Shown here: in pieces, positions 43,021 through 53,343 of the stretch
Layout: the number at the start of each line of letters is the position of its first letter
How positions within the stretch are numbered: the stretch's first letter is position 1
Assembly: GCA_016713445.1 (NCBI GenBank)
Contig: JADJPB010000012.1
Coordinates: 90,836 to 154,835, forward strand
Source: Bacteroidota bacterium
GTDB lineage: Bacteria; Bacteroidota; Bacteroidia; AKYH767-A; OLB10
Reading direction: 5' to 3'
Length of the DNA: 64,000 nucleotides
Made by a program: the position numbers and the translations under genes
The notes under the pieces: model-generated
What the model saw: the letters and a program-made list of their open reading frames with translations, nothing else
Databases searched by the model: none
Told to the model about the DNA's origin: nothing

Positions 43021-44268
43021 ATGCCAAAACAAGGTACTAAAAATCCATTTAACATGGTCGTTCTAGTCGCGGCCCTAGGTTATTTTGTAGATATCTATGA
43101 CTTGCAATTGTTCAATGTTGTAAGCAAGGATAGTTTGCGTGGTATTGGAATTTTGGATCCGGCTGTTATTGATCGTTATGATTATTTGTTGTTTCTCTGG
43201 CAGATGTGCGGAATGTTGATTGGCGGATTACTCTGGGGAATTTTGGGCGATCAGAAAGGTAGAATGTCGGTTCTCTTCGGATCGATTTTAATTTATTCTT
43301 TAGCAAATGTTGCCAATGCTTTTGTGGTTGATTTAACTCAATATAGTATTGTCCGATTTATTGCTGGTGTTGGATTAGCAGGTGAATTGGGAGCTGCCAT
43401 TACGCTGGTGTCTGAAATTATGCATCGCGAGAGTCGAGGTTATGGAACATTGATCGTGGTTACGATGGGTGCATTAGGTGCGGTGGCCGCTGCGTTGATC
43501 AGTAATAATCCATTTGTAATTTTTGGATTGCAACCTTGGCAGATGGCTTATATTATTGGCGGGGTGCTCGGACTCGTTTTGTTACTCCTAAGAGTGAGTA
43601 CATATGAGTCAGGTATGTTTGAACACATGAAGCATAATAATCAAATTAAGAAAGGAAATTTCTTTATGCTGTTCAATAATCGCGAACGTTTCAAAAAGTA
43701 TTTGGCTTGCATCTTAGTCGGACTTCCCGTTTGGTTTTGTATCGGAATCTTGATTAAGTTCTCTGATAAATTTGCTGCCTTAGTAGAAGTCGTAGGAGAT
43801 GTGAAGGTAGGTTACGCAATCATGTATGCTTACCTAGGTTTGTCTGTCGGAGATTTGATCAGTGGTTTGTTAAGTCAGTTATTAAAGAGTAGGAAGAAAG
43901 TGGTAATTGCTTATTTGTTGTTTACCATTGTCCTCGTTTTTGTGTTTCTTTTTGCAAAAGGATTAACCGCTAATTCCTATTATTTTCTTTGCTTTCTTTT
44001 AGGATGTGCTACTGGATATTGGGCCTTGTTTGTGACCATTGCATCTGAACAATTTGGAACCAATATTCGTGCAACAGTAACTACTACTGTTCCTAATTTT
44101 GTAAGAGGTGCTGTTGTGCCAATTATACTTGGTTTTAAAACATTAGAGAGAAGTATGGGTGCAGTGAATAGTGCTTTAGTAGTAGGTGGCATTTGCATCT
44201 CGCTCGCTATGATTGCAATATTCAGTTTAAAGGAAACGTTTTCTAAAGACCTCGATTATATTGAAATA
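43021..44268 (+). CDS. MFS transporter (12 TM), read through in frame into the next gene
   Basis: It has a typical MFS topology and the motif GDQKGRMSVLFGS between TM2 and TM3. The expected C-terminus ..KETFSKDLDYIEI lacks a stop codon in this sequence. Confidence 0.75.
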
Positions 44269-44629
44269 TCGAAGAAAAGGACATTAGTTATTGGTGCTTC
44301 TACGAATCCATCGCGCTATTCTTTTCTAGCCATAAATCGATTAAGAGAGCACGGACATCCTGTTTATGCCTTGGGATTAAAAATAGGTAGAGTAGGAGAT
44401 GTTGATATTTTACTGAACATAAGTTTTTCAGGATATCCATACCGTTACTTTGTATGTAGGTCCAAGCCATCAAGAAAATATTCGAGATTATGTGATTAGT
44501 CTGGAACCTAAAAGAGTAATTTTTAATCCCGGAACAGAAGATCTTCTTTTTCAATCCATGTTAAAAAATGCCGGAATCCCTTTTGAAGAAGCTTGTACAT
44601 TAGTAATGCTAGGGACGGGTCAATATTAG
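44269..44629 (+). CDS. CoA-binding domain protein (YccU-like), fused in frame to the MFS gene and with one frame break
   Basis: KKRTLVIGASTNPSRYSFLAINRLREHGHPVYALG is the canonical N-terminus of stand-alone CoA-binding proteins. The remainder (FQDIHTVTLYVGPSHQ..NPGTED..ACTLVMLGTGQY*) is reached if T5 44424-44428 is T4. Confidence 0.7.
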
Positions 44630-44762
44630 CGATTAAATGTAACTATTTGGGCTTTAATTCGTATTAAGGTCAAAATATATCAATTTTAAGGTCAAATTAT
44701 TTCAATATTGAGCAGTAAATGTATTATTTTTGATCTTCAAATTAGTTACTAATATCCATAAA

Positions 44763-45038
44763 ATGGAACTTCAAAAGGAAATTATTGATTTTTTAAGTAA
44801 AAATCCGACTGTTTCTTCAAAGGAAATTTTTGATGGGATATTTTGGAGTTATTCAACATTGAAAAGAGCTTTAGTAGAATTAGAAAGTGAACAATTGATT
44901 TCAAAAATTGGGAAAGGGCGCGGAACTAAATATAGCATTAGTGAAATCTATGGATTATTTTCAAATGTGAATCTTGAGACTTATTTTTTACAAGAGGTTG
45001 ATGAAAGAAATATTCAAGCGGGTTATAATTTTAAATAA
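44763..45038 (+). CDS. Small winged-helix (MarR/DeoR-like wHTH) protein upstream of Fic
   Basis: 91 aa, MELQKEIIDFLSKNPTVSSKEIFDGI..STLKRALVELESEQLISKIGKGRGTKYSI. The stop lies 2 nt before the Fic start and the two genes are in different frames. Confidence 0.6.
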   Translation: MELQKEIIDFLSKNPTVSSKEIFDGIFWSYSTLKRALVELESEQLISKIGKGRGTKYSISEIYGLFSNVNLETYFLQEVDERNIQAGYNFK

Positions 45039-45040
45039 AA

Positions 45041-45697
45041 ATGTCAACTAAGGAATATGAATTGGAATTTGAAAGATTGGCTATTGATCTTAGTTGGAAA
45101 TCGTCGCAAATAGAAGGAAATACCTATTCATTACTTGAAACCGAAAGATTGTTAAATGAGAAACAAACCGCTGCCGGAAAATCGAAGGATGAAGCGGTGA
45201 TGCTTTTAAATCATAAGGCTACTTTGGATTTCTTATTGGAACATCGAGATTTTGTGCAGCTTTTAAATATTCGAAAAATAGAAGACCTGCATTTAATGTT
45301 AACTAGAGATTTAGGTGTACCTACACATATTCGAAATAGGAAAGTTGGAATAACAGGAACGAAATATACTCCTTTAGATAATTCACATCAAATTGAGGAA
45401 GCTATGTTTGAGTTATGTAAACTCATCAATGCAAAGGAAAATATTTTTGAAAAAGCATTCTTAGCGCTTGTTCTTGTTTCTTACATACAACCATTTGTGG
45501 ATGGAAATAAACGAACAGCGAGAATTTTAAGTAATGCTATTTTGATTAACTATAATTTCTGTCCAATTTCTTTTCGAACGGTCGATTCAATCGACTATAA
45601 AAAAGCATTGCTGGTGTTTTACGAACTGAATAATGTAAGTGCATTTAAAAAAATATTTATTGAACAATTCGAGTTTGCTGTGGATACTTATTTTTAG
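45041..45697 (+). CDS. Fic/Doc (Fido) domain protein with non-canonical active-site motif
   Basis: 218 aa with an N-terminal SSQIEGNTYS element. The Fic motif reads QPFVDGNKRTAR, with Gln (CAA 45488-45490) where the catalytic His of HxFx[D/E]GN[G/K]R is expected. Confidence 0.8.
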   Translation: MSTKEYELEFERLAIDLSWKSSQIEGNTYSLLETERLLNEKQTAAGKSKDEAVMLLNHKATLDFLLEHRDFVQLLNIRKIEDLHLMLTRDLGVPTHIRNRKVGITGTKYTPLDNSHQIEEAMFELCKLINAKENIFEKAFLALVLVSYIQPFVDGNKRTARILSNAILINYNFCPISFRTVDSIDYKKALLVFYELNNVSAFKKIFIEQFEFAVDTYF

Positions 45698-45772
45698 CTT
45701 CTAGCTTCTAGCTTCTCCATCTCCCATCTCCCATCTCCCATCTCCCATCTCCCATCTCCCATCTAAAATCTC
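45696..45772. repeat. Heptanucleotide tandem repeats AGCTTCT x3 then CCATCTC x6 (+2 variants)
   Basis: The repeats fill the whole spacer between the convergent Fic and histidine-kinase genes. Both stop codons (TAG 45695-45697, CTA 45763-45765) lie at or in the repeat. Confidence 0.95.
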
Positions 45773-47113
45773 AACGTAAACTCCGTTCCTACATTCGACG
45801 TGGAATCAACAAGGACTTCGATTTTATGACATCCTGCAATGGTTTTCACGAGCGGTAAGCCTAATCCATACCCATCCGCTTTGTTTTTATTGAGTCGTTT
45901 GAATCGATCAAAAATTCCGGTGATATCTGTTTTGTCAATTCCAATTCCACTGTCCTTAATTTCAATTTGAAATCTACCGTCTTTGACACGTGTATAAATG
46001 TCGATGCTTCCACCATCTTTGTTATACTTTATGGCATTGTTGATCAAATTCGTCATCATGGTAAATAGCAAAGTGCGATTGCATTGGGTGATGGTGTAGT
46101 CGTCGTAAAAGTATTTGTGGAGCGTAATGTTCTTTTCTGTTAATCGCTCTTCAATTTCTTCAAGCACTTCGTCCATCAATTCAATGGAGCCAATGGTGTC
46201 TTGCTTGAGGTATTGATCGTTTTCAATTTTTGAAATTAATAATAATGCTTTAATGATTCTACTCATTCGATTCAAAGTGCGTTGTGAATCGGAAAGTTTT
46301 ATCATTAATTCATCAGATACATTTTCTTCGTTGATGATGTTTTCTAAGCGATTTTGTATGATGCTGATGGGTGTTTGCAGTTCAAGAGATACATTGCTGA
46401 TGAATTCTTTTCCCCGATTTGAAAAGTATCTTTCAGTTTATTCATCATTTCATTGATGCGATTGTCGAGTTGATTGAATTCTGCCGTTGAACTGGGAATA
46501 GGGGTAAAATTGAACGAAGAAGGAGACGGGACCGGTAGTAATTTTTTACTGATGATATTATTGAGTGGTTTTAAAAGTACACGAGTGAAAGCAATATCGA
46601 TGAATAATGAAATTAAAATTACTGCCAACATCATCACTAATAAAAATCGTTGGATAATCGATTTTAATTCGTCAATAGTACTTATTCCTTCTCCAATATT
46701 GAGCTCATACATCTGATTGTCGTAAAGGAATGGGCGACGAATGATACGATGTTGTAATTTTCTCCTTCAATTCTCCACGTTTCATTTCTAATATCCGTTG
46801 CTTGATGCATTTTTAACGGATCCGTGATAGGGTAGATGGCTACAAATTCTTCTTTTAAAATATTGTAACTTTCAAAACTGCAATCTTGTTCCCGAACAAT
46901 GTCTGCGATGCTTCCCCTCTTTACCGTAAGTAAGATTCGTTCACTGCGTGCCACTAACCTTTTGTCGATATGCTCATATACAATTTTCTCTACCAACAAG
47001 GGAAGTAGAGTCATAAAAGCTAAAATGATGAGCGCTTTGGATACGGCATTATATAACGCAAACTTGACCTGAATGGTCAATGATTTTTTTTGAGGTGTTT
47101 TAGTTGTGAGCAA
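45763..47113 (-). pseudogene. Sensor histidine kinase (TM - HAMP - HisKA - HATPase_c); two frame breaks and altered H-box
   Basis: ORFs 46682-47113, 46344-46712 and 45763-46305 form one kinase. The N, G1 and G2 boxes are present (NLINNAIKYN, DSGIGI, GYGLGL). The breaks are near 46700-46745 and at T4 46408-46411. The H-box reads FISNVSLELQTP, with Leu (codon at 46384-46386) at the phospho-acceptor His position. Confidence 0.8.
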
Positions 47114-47117
47114 AAGA

Positions 47118-47792
47118 TTAAGCGTTTACTCTATACCCTACACCTCGAACAGTTTCAAACCAATCTACACTCGATTGCGTCGATAATTTTTTGCGTAAAT
47201 TTTTTACGTGTACATCAATGTAATTCGATTCATAATCGTCTTCTAAAACATCTCCCCAAATATGTTCGGTAAGTTGGATGCGTGTTAATACTCGGTTCTT
47301 ATGTAAAGCAAGGTAATGCAATAAGTCAAATTCTTTTTTAGTGAGATTAATGCTATTGCCTTTGCAATGTACCGTTCGATTTTGAATGTCGATGTCGAAG
47401 TCGTGAATGCTCATTACATTGGACTTGAGACCGTGCTTGCGGCGTAAAATGGCTTGCATCCTACTATGTAATTCAGCCAATGAAAATGGTTTTGCGATGT
47501 AATCATCAGCTCCTAAATCAAGACCGGTAATCTTGTCTTCCACTTCGCTACGCGCTGTTAAAACAATAAAAGCAGATTCGATCCCGGCTTTTTTCGATTC
47601 TCTTAATAAATCTAAACCATCCATATCAGGTAACCCTAAGTCGAGAAGCACAAAGTCATAAGAGTTGGCGTGAATCTTATCGGATGCGCTTTTTCCATTA
47701 AATGCTACATCACAATTTAAATTTTGTCGGGAAAGATAAATTTCCATCTCGTGCGACAAGGAGCGTTCGTCTTCTACAATTAGTACGTTCAT
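47118..47792 (-). CDS. OmpR/PhoB-family response regulator
   Basis: 224 aa. The receiver domain has DFVLLDLGLPDMDG, followed by a winged-helix trans_reg_C domain (..TVRGVGYRV). The gene is intact. Confidence 0.85.
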   Translation of the reverse strand: MNVLIVEDERSLSHEMEIYLSRQNLNCDVAFNGKSASDKIHANSYDFVLLDLGLPDMDGLDLLRESKKAGIESAFIVLTARSEVEDKITGLDLGADDYIAKPFSLAELHSRMQAILRRKHGLKSNVMSIHDFDIDIQNRTVHCKGNSINLTKKEFDLLHYLALHKNRVLTRIQLTEHIWGDVLEDDYESNYIDVHVKNLRKKLSTQSSVDWFETVRGVGYRVNA

Positions 47793-47842
47793 AACCGAAT
47801 AAATTTTTTTTGGATTCCTTTACTCTCTGTACATTAATGCTA

Positions 47843-47850
47843 CAAAGATA
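47843..47850 (-). promoter_or_regulatory. Candidate -7 box (TATCTTTG) for the response-regulator/kinase operon
   Basis: CAAGATA-type reverse complement: CAAAGATA on the + strand equals TATCTTTG on the - strand, about 50 nt upstream of the regulator ATG. There is no convincing -33 TTTG. Confidence 0.35.
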
Positions 47851-47906
47851 GGAAACGCAAATGTAAATGAGCTATATGAAGTTTTGAGGAGTTATTGTGA
47901 GACTTT

Positions 47907-49109
47907 CTATAAATCAAGCTGATAGCACTCATCAACAGCTTCTAAAACGACATGGCAGGCCGCTAATAATTCCGCTTCTGTAATCGTGAGCGGGGACAAA
48001 TACGAAGTCGGTTTGCCGCAAAAAGGAACCAATCTGTGATGATACCATTTTTTACCGCAAGCAGCAATCACTCGTTGTGCAAATTCATCCGAAGGAAAAA
48101 CAAGTGCCAACAGCATCCCTTTTCCTCTGATAGATTGTATGGCAGGATGTACTAATGTTTTTCTGACAACGGATTCTAATTTCGGAATGCGCTCTTCAGT
48201 TTTTAATGATTGAATAATATCAAAGGTGGCCAAGGAAGCGGCACAACAAACTGCGTTTCCTCCAAAGGTGGTTATATGTCCGAGTACTGGATTATCGCTT
48301 AACGAATCCATAATTTTTTTCGAACTCATGAATGCCCCAATGGGCATACCACCACCCATTCCTTTAGCGACAACTAGAATGTCAGGAATAATTCCTACAC
48401 CTTGAGATGCAAAGAAAGGTCCGGTGCGTCCAAATCCTGTTTGAATTTCATCTACAACTAACAATGCACCTACTTCAGTACACCGCGACCGTAAGTCTTG
48501 CAAGAATGTTGGATCTACCACTTCAGCGCCAGCTTCGCCTCGAAATAACTCAACAAACACTGCGGCTGTATCCAAGTCGATGTTTGTTAATTCTTGATGG
48601 TTGCCAGATGTAAGATGAAATACATCTGGTAATAGTGGATAAAAAGGCACACTGAAATATTCATTGCTCATTAAACTCAATGCTCCATTGGTAGAACCAT
48701 GATACGCATCTTTAAATGAAAATATTTTTTTTCTACCAGTATATCTTCTTGCTAATTTAATAGCACCTTCAATGGCTTCTGTTCCGCTGTTGGTGAAGTA
48801 AACACTATCGATAGATGAAATGATACTTGCTAATTTTGCGGCTAGCTTTACTTGTGGCGATTGAATGAATTCGCCATACACCATCAAGTGCATATACTTT
48901 TCAAGTTGAGCGTGGATGGCTTCAATTACTTTTGGGTGACGATGGCCCACATTGCTCACCGAAATTCCGCTGATCAAATCAAGCCATTTTTCTCCGTTGG
49001 TACCATAAAGATAAAGTCCTTCTGCTTTTTCTACTTCTAGTCCAAGCGGACTCGGACTTGTTTGTGCTACATGTCGCAGGAAAAGTTGTCGCACAGGCTG
49101 CTGTGTCAT
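47907..49109 (-). CDS. Class-III PLP-dependent aminotransferase (ArgD/RocD-like) containing a compensated double frame shift
   Basis: 400 aa with DEIQTGFGRTG and the PLP-Lys region ILVVAKGMGGG. Near the C-terminus the ORF-track residues KKWYHHRLVPFCGKPTSYL look wrong. A shifted frame reads KNGIITDWFLFAANRLRICPP between T6 48048-48053 and G4 47992-47995. Confidence 0.75.
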   Translation of the reverse strand: MTQQPVRQLFLRHVAQTSPSPLGLEVEKAEGLYLYGTNGEKWLDLISGISVSNVGHRHPKVIEAIHAQLEKYMHLMVYGEFIQSPQVKLAAKLASIISSIDSVYFTNSGTEAIEGAIKLARRYTGRKKIFSFKDAYHGSTNGALSLMSNEYFSVPFYPLLPDVFHLTSGNHQELTNIDLDTAAVFVELFRGEAGAEVVDPTFLQDLRSRCTEVGALLVVDEIQTGFGRTGPFFASQGVGIIPDILVVAKGMGGGMPIGAFMSSKKIMDSLSDNPVLGHITTFGGNAVCCAASLATFDIIQSLKTEERIPKLESVVRKTLVHPAIQSIRGKGMLLALVFPSDEFAQRVIAACGKKWYHHRLVPFCGKPTSYLSPLTITEAELLAACHVVLEAVDECYQLDL

Positions 49110-51781
49110 GCTAATGAACTTAAAGCTTCTTCAATGGCACGGATCTTCGCTTCTGCATCGGCTTTTTCTTTTGCTCTGCTGCCAAGATCTCAGGTTTTGC
49201 ATTCGAAACAAAACGTTCGTTATTTAATTTGCCCATCACTGATTTTAAAAATCCTTGTGTGTAGATTAAATCATCTTTCAATTTTTTAAGTTCGGCTTCT
49301 TTGTCAATGTTTTCACTCATCGGAATGAAACATTCCAAATCACGAACAACAAATGGAAAGGTATTTTCAGGCTTGTCGTTCACTGAAGTGATTGCCGATA
49401 AATTTCCAAGCTTGATAATCGCATCTTTAAAAATAGATAAGGTAGCATTAGATCCATTGGAGCGAATACTCAACGCCAATGCTTCCTTCGGACTCAATCC
49501 CTTGCTCTGACGGAAATTTCGAATCTCTCCGATTAGATCCGCTGCTAGTGGAAATGCTTTTAATACTTCTTCATTTCCGGCCACAATTTTTGGCCATTTT
49601 GCAATGATAATATCATCGCCCTTTGTCCTTTCTTTTACCAAATGCCATAACTCTTCAGAGATAAACGGCATGAAAGGATGAATGATGATTAATATTTTTC
49701 AAATAAAGTAATCGTGGCAGTAAGCGTAACTTCATCGATCGGCTGTTGGTAGGCCGGTTTGACTAACTCTAAATACCAAGAGCAGAAATCATCCCAAACC
49801 AATTTGTAAGTACTCATCAATGCATCCGAGATTCGAAGTTTTTCGTAATGATCATTAATCTCCACTAAAGATTCATTGATGCGTGCCTCCAGCCAGGTTA
49901 TTGCTACTTTGTTTACATCAGGTTGTGGGATGGAATTATTTACTTCCCATCCATTCACCAATCGGAATGCATTCCAAATTTTATTGCTGAAATTTCTTCC
50001 TTGCTCACATAAACTTTCATCAAACAATAAATCATTTCCTGCAGGCGATGAAAGCAACATTCCTACACGAACACCATCGGCACTAAACTTATTAATTAAT
50101 TCGAGCGGGTCCGGTGAATTTCCCAAGGACTTACTCATCTTACGACCTTGCTTATCGCGTACGATTCCGGTAAGATAAACATTGTTAAATGGTTTTTTTC
50201 CTCTGTATTCATAACCAGCCATAATCATTCTCGCGATCCAGAAAAATAAAATTTCTGGAGCTGATACTAAATCGTTGGTAGGGTAGTAGTAGCTGATGTC
50301 TTTGTTGTTTGGATCTTTAAATCCATCAAATACCGAAATAGGCCACAGCCAGGAGCTGAACCAGGTATCCAAAACATCTTCATCTTGACGGATATCCTTC
50401 GCCGTTATAGAAGAGTTATCAGGTTGGAATAATTCTAATGCTTCTTCGGCGGTTTTGGCTACCACATAATTTCCATTGTTATCATACCATGCCGGAATAC
50501 GTTGTCCCCACCATAACTGACGAGAAATACACCAATCGTGAACGTTTTCCATCCAATGACGGTAAGTATTCACGAATTTTTCAGGATGCAATTTCACTTC
50601 ACCATCCATCACTGCATCAAGCGCCGGTTTTGAAAATTCTTTCATCTTCACAAACCATTGCAGACTCAAGCGCGGCTCAATTACGGCATCGGTACGCTCG
50701 CTGTAACCTACTTTGTTGGTGTAGTCTTCAACTTTAACGACCAAGCCCATCTCGGTCAAATCTTTTACAATTTTCTTGCGCACCACAAAACGATCTTCAC
50801 CGATATAAAACCCGGCTGCATCGCTCATCGTTCCATTGGGGTTCAATGTATCGATCACTTCTAGTTTGTGTTTCTTTCCTAAATTGTAGTCGTTGATATC
50901 GTGTGCCGGAGTCACTTTCAAAGCACCTGTTCCGAATTCCATCAGGATATATTCATCGAAAATAATAGGCACTCTGCGATTCACCATTGGAATAATCGCA
51001 TACTTTCCTTTCAGGTGCGCATAGCGAGGATCTTCCGGGTGAACGCAAACGCCAGTGTCACCTAATATGGTTTCGGGTCGTACGGTAGCGATGGTAATCG
51101 TCGACTTGGTATCGATCTTTTTTTGTACCGCTGCTTTATCGTTCGCATCAAATTCTTCATTCGCATCTACCAACACATACTGAACATACACCAGTTTCGA
51201 CTGAACCTCTTTATGAATAACTTCTTCGTCGCTTACCGCAGTAAGTCCGGCCGGATCCCAATTCACCATGCGCATACCACGGTAGATATATCCTTTCTTA
51301 TACAAATCGATAAACACATCAATCACCGCTTCACTCAAATCATCTTCCATGGTGAACCGTGTACGATCCCAATCACAAGAAGCGCCTAATTGTTTAAGCT
51401 GTTCTAAAATTATTCCGCCGTATTTCTCTTTCCACTCCCAGGCATACTTTAAAAATCTTCACGACTCAAATCGGCTTTCTTAATTCCCTTCTCGCGTAAC
51501 ATCTGCACCACCTTTGCTTCTGTAGCAATCGAAGCATGATCAGTACCGGGCACCCAACATGCATTCTTTCCGAGCATACGGGCGCGACGAATCATCACAT
51601 CTTGCAACGTATTATTCAACATATGTCCCATATGCAAAACGCCCGTCACATTTGGCGGTGGAATTACGATGGTATAAGGTTCGCGCTCATCGGGAACAGA
51701 TCTAAAATAACCTTGTTCCATCCAGTAGGCATACCACTTTTTCTCGGCTGATTCGGATTGAAATGTCTTTGGAATTTCCAT
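49106..51781 (-). CDS. valS: Valine--tRNA ligase; three frame breaks
   Basis: The HIGH motif (HMGHML), the KMSKS motif (KMSKSLGN), the editing domain and a C-terminal coiled coil are present. Fragments 51449-51802, 49689-51350 and 49120-49671 join at A5 51451-51455, T5 49695-49699 and T5 49163-49167 (each one base short). The corrected tail is ..[21 protein letters not shown], whose TGA overlaps the ATG of the next gene. Confidence 0.9.
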
Positions 51782-51895
51782 GCTAATTACTCTTCTCTTC
51801 ATTTAATAGGGTGCAAAGATATAAAACGCTTGTGGGTGAGATGCCTCAAAAGAGTCGTTTATTCGGATAATTCGGTTATTTTTGGAGCTGATCCT

Positions 51896-53123
51896 ATGAA
51901 GATAAACCTTACTGCTCGCATATTTATCGGTATGTTACTTGGTATTCTTGTCGGTTATATTTACCGAGAAATGAACCCCGATCCTGCTGATTTTAACAAG
52001 TTTGCCGAAAATATCCAGATCCTGAGTGATATATTTCTGCGCTTAATAAAAATGATTATTGCCCCCTTGGTATTCAGTACCTTGGTGTATGGAATTGCTA
52101 AGGTCGGCGATTTTAAAAGTGTAGGAAGAATAGGGATTAAGACCTTGCTTTATTTTCAAGGGGCCACCATTTTAGCCTTGACTTTAGGTCTAGTGTTGGT
52201 TAATATTTTTGAGCCTGGATTGGTGATGAATTTACCGCTCCCTACCGAAGAGTTGAGCGATGGAATCAGCAAAGGAGCTCCGTCATTCAGAGAATTTATT
52301 ACACATGTGATTCCAAAAAGTGTAGTGGAAGCGATGGCCAACAATGAGATATTACCCATTGTCGTATTCTCTATTTTCTTTGGGATTGGCACAGCTGCCA
52401 TGGGGGACAAAGCAAAGTCGATTGTAAATGCAATGGATGCTTTAGGACATATCATGTTCAAGGTAACAAATTATGTAATGCTGTTTGCTCCATTCGGTGT
52501 TTTTGGTGCCATTGCAGCAGTGGTTGCAAAGCAAGGATTAGGAATTATAGGTGGCTATATTTATTTAATTGCATGTTTTTATTTTGGATTGCTCTTTTTT
52601 GCTTTTGTCATTTTAGGCGCAATATGTTTTTTCTTAAAAATACCATTCATCAAACTTTTAAAGGAAATTCGCGAACCCATTTTATTGGCATTCTCTACGG
52701 CATCTTCCGAATCAGCATTTCCAAAAACAGTAGAAGCACTGGAGAAATATGGTTGCAGCACAAGAATTATTTCCTTCGTACTTCCATTGGGTTATTCGTT
52801 TAACCTAGATGGGTCCATCATGTACATGACTTTCGCCACCGTATTTATTGCAATAGGCCTACGGCATCGACATGACCATCTCACAAGAGATCACGATGAT
52901 GTTGATGTTGCTGGTGACGAGTAAAGGAATGGCCGGTGTGCCCAGAGCAAGTTTAGTGGTAATAGCAGGAATGCTGAGTGCGTTTAATATTCCAGAAGCA
53001 GGATTACTTTTATTATTAGGAATCGATCAATTACTTGACATGGGTCGTAGCGCAACAAACGTGGTAGGAAATGCAGTAGCAACGGCGGTGGTTTGTAAGT
53101 GGGAAGGGGAGCTGAAACAATAG
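51896..53123 (+). CDS. Dicarboxylate/amino acid:cation symporter (DAACS, GltP/DctA-like); one frame break
   Basis: The motif AFSTASSESAFP is present and the topology is typical. ORFs 51758-52924 and 52872-53123 join (..FIAIAYGIDMTISQEI..) with one base removed at GGCC 52856-52859. Confidence 0.8.
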
Positions 53124-53126
53124 GTT

Positions 53127-53302
53127 GCGAATTACGAATTTATACGAATGTACGAATTACGAATCCACTAATCCGCCAATCCACCTTATGAAATATCGCA
53201 ATCACCATCTCGAGTCGAGAGGCTTTGAGATCACCAACTCTCCATCTTGATAACAAACAGGACACCAACTTACCAACTTACGAATTTGCCAACTTGCCAA
53301 TT
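53127..53302. repeat. Short-period stutter repeats (ACGAATT/TACGAAT 7-mers, then TTACCAAC/TTGCCAAC 8-mers)
   Basis: The first block, 53127-53185, reads GCGAATT ACGAATT .. TACGAAT TACGAAT CCACTAA TCCGCCA ATCCACC. The second block, 53263-53302, reads CACCAACT TACCAACT TACGAATT TGCCAACT TGCCAATT. Confidence 0.85.
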
Positions 53303-53343
53303 AAAACTCTTTTCGGAGTGAAAAACTGGTAGTAAGAATAATT

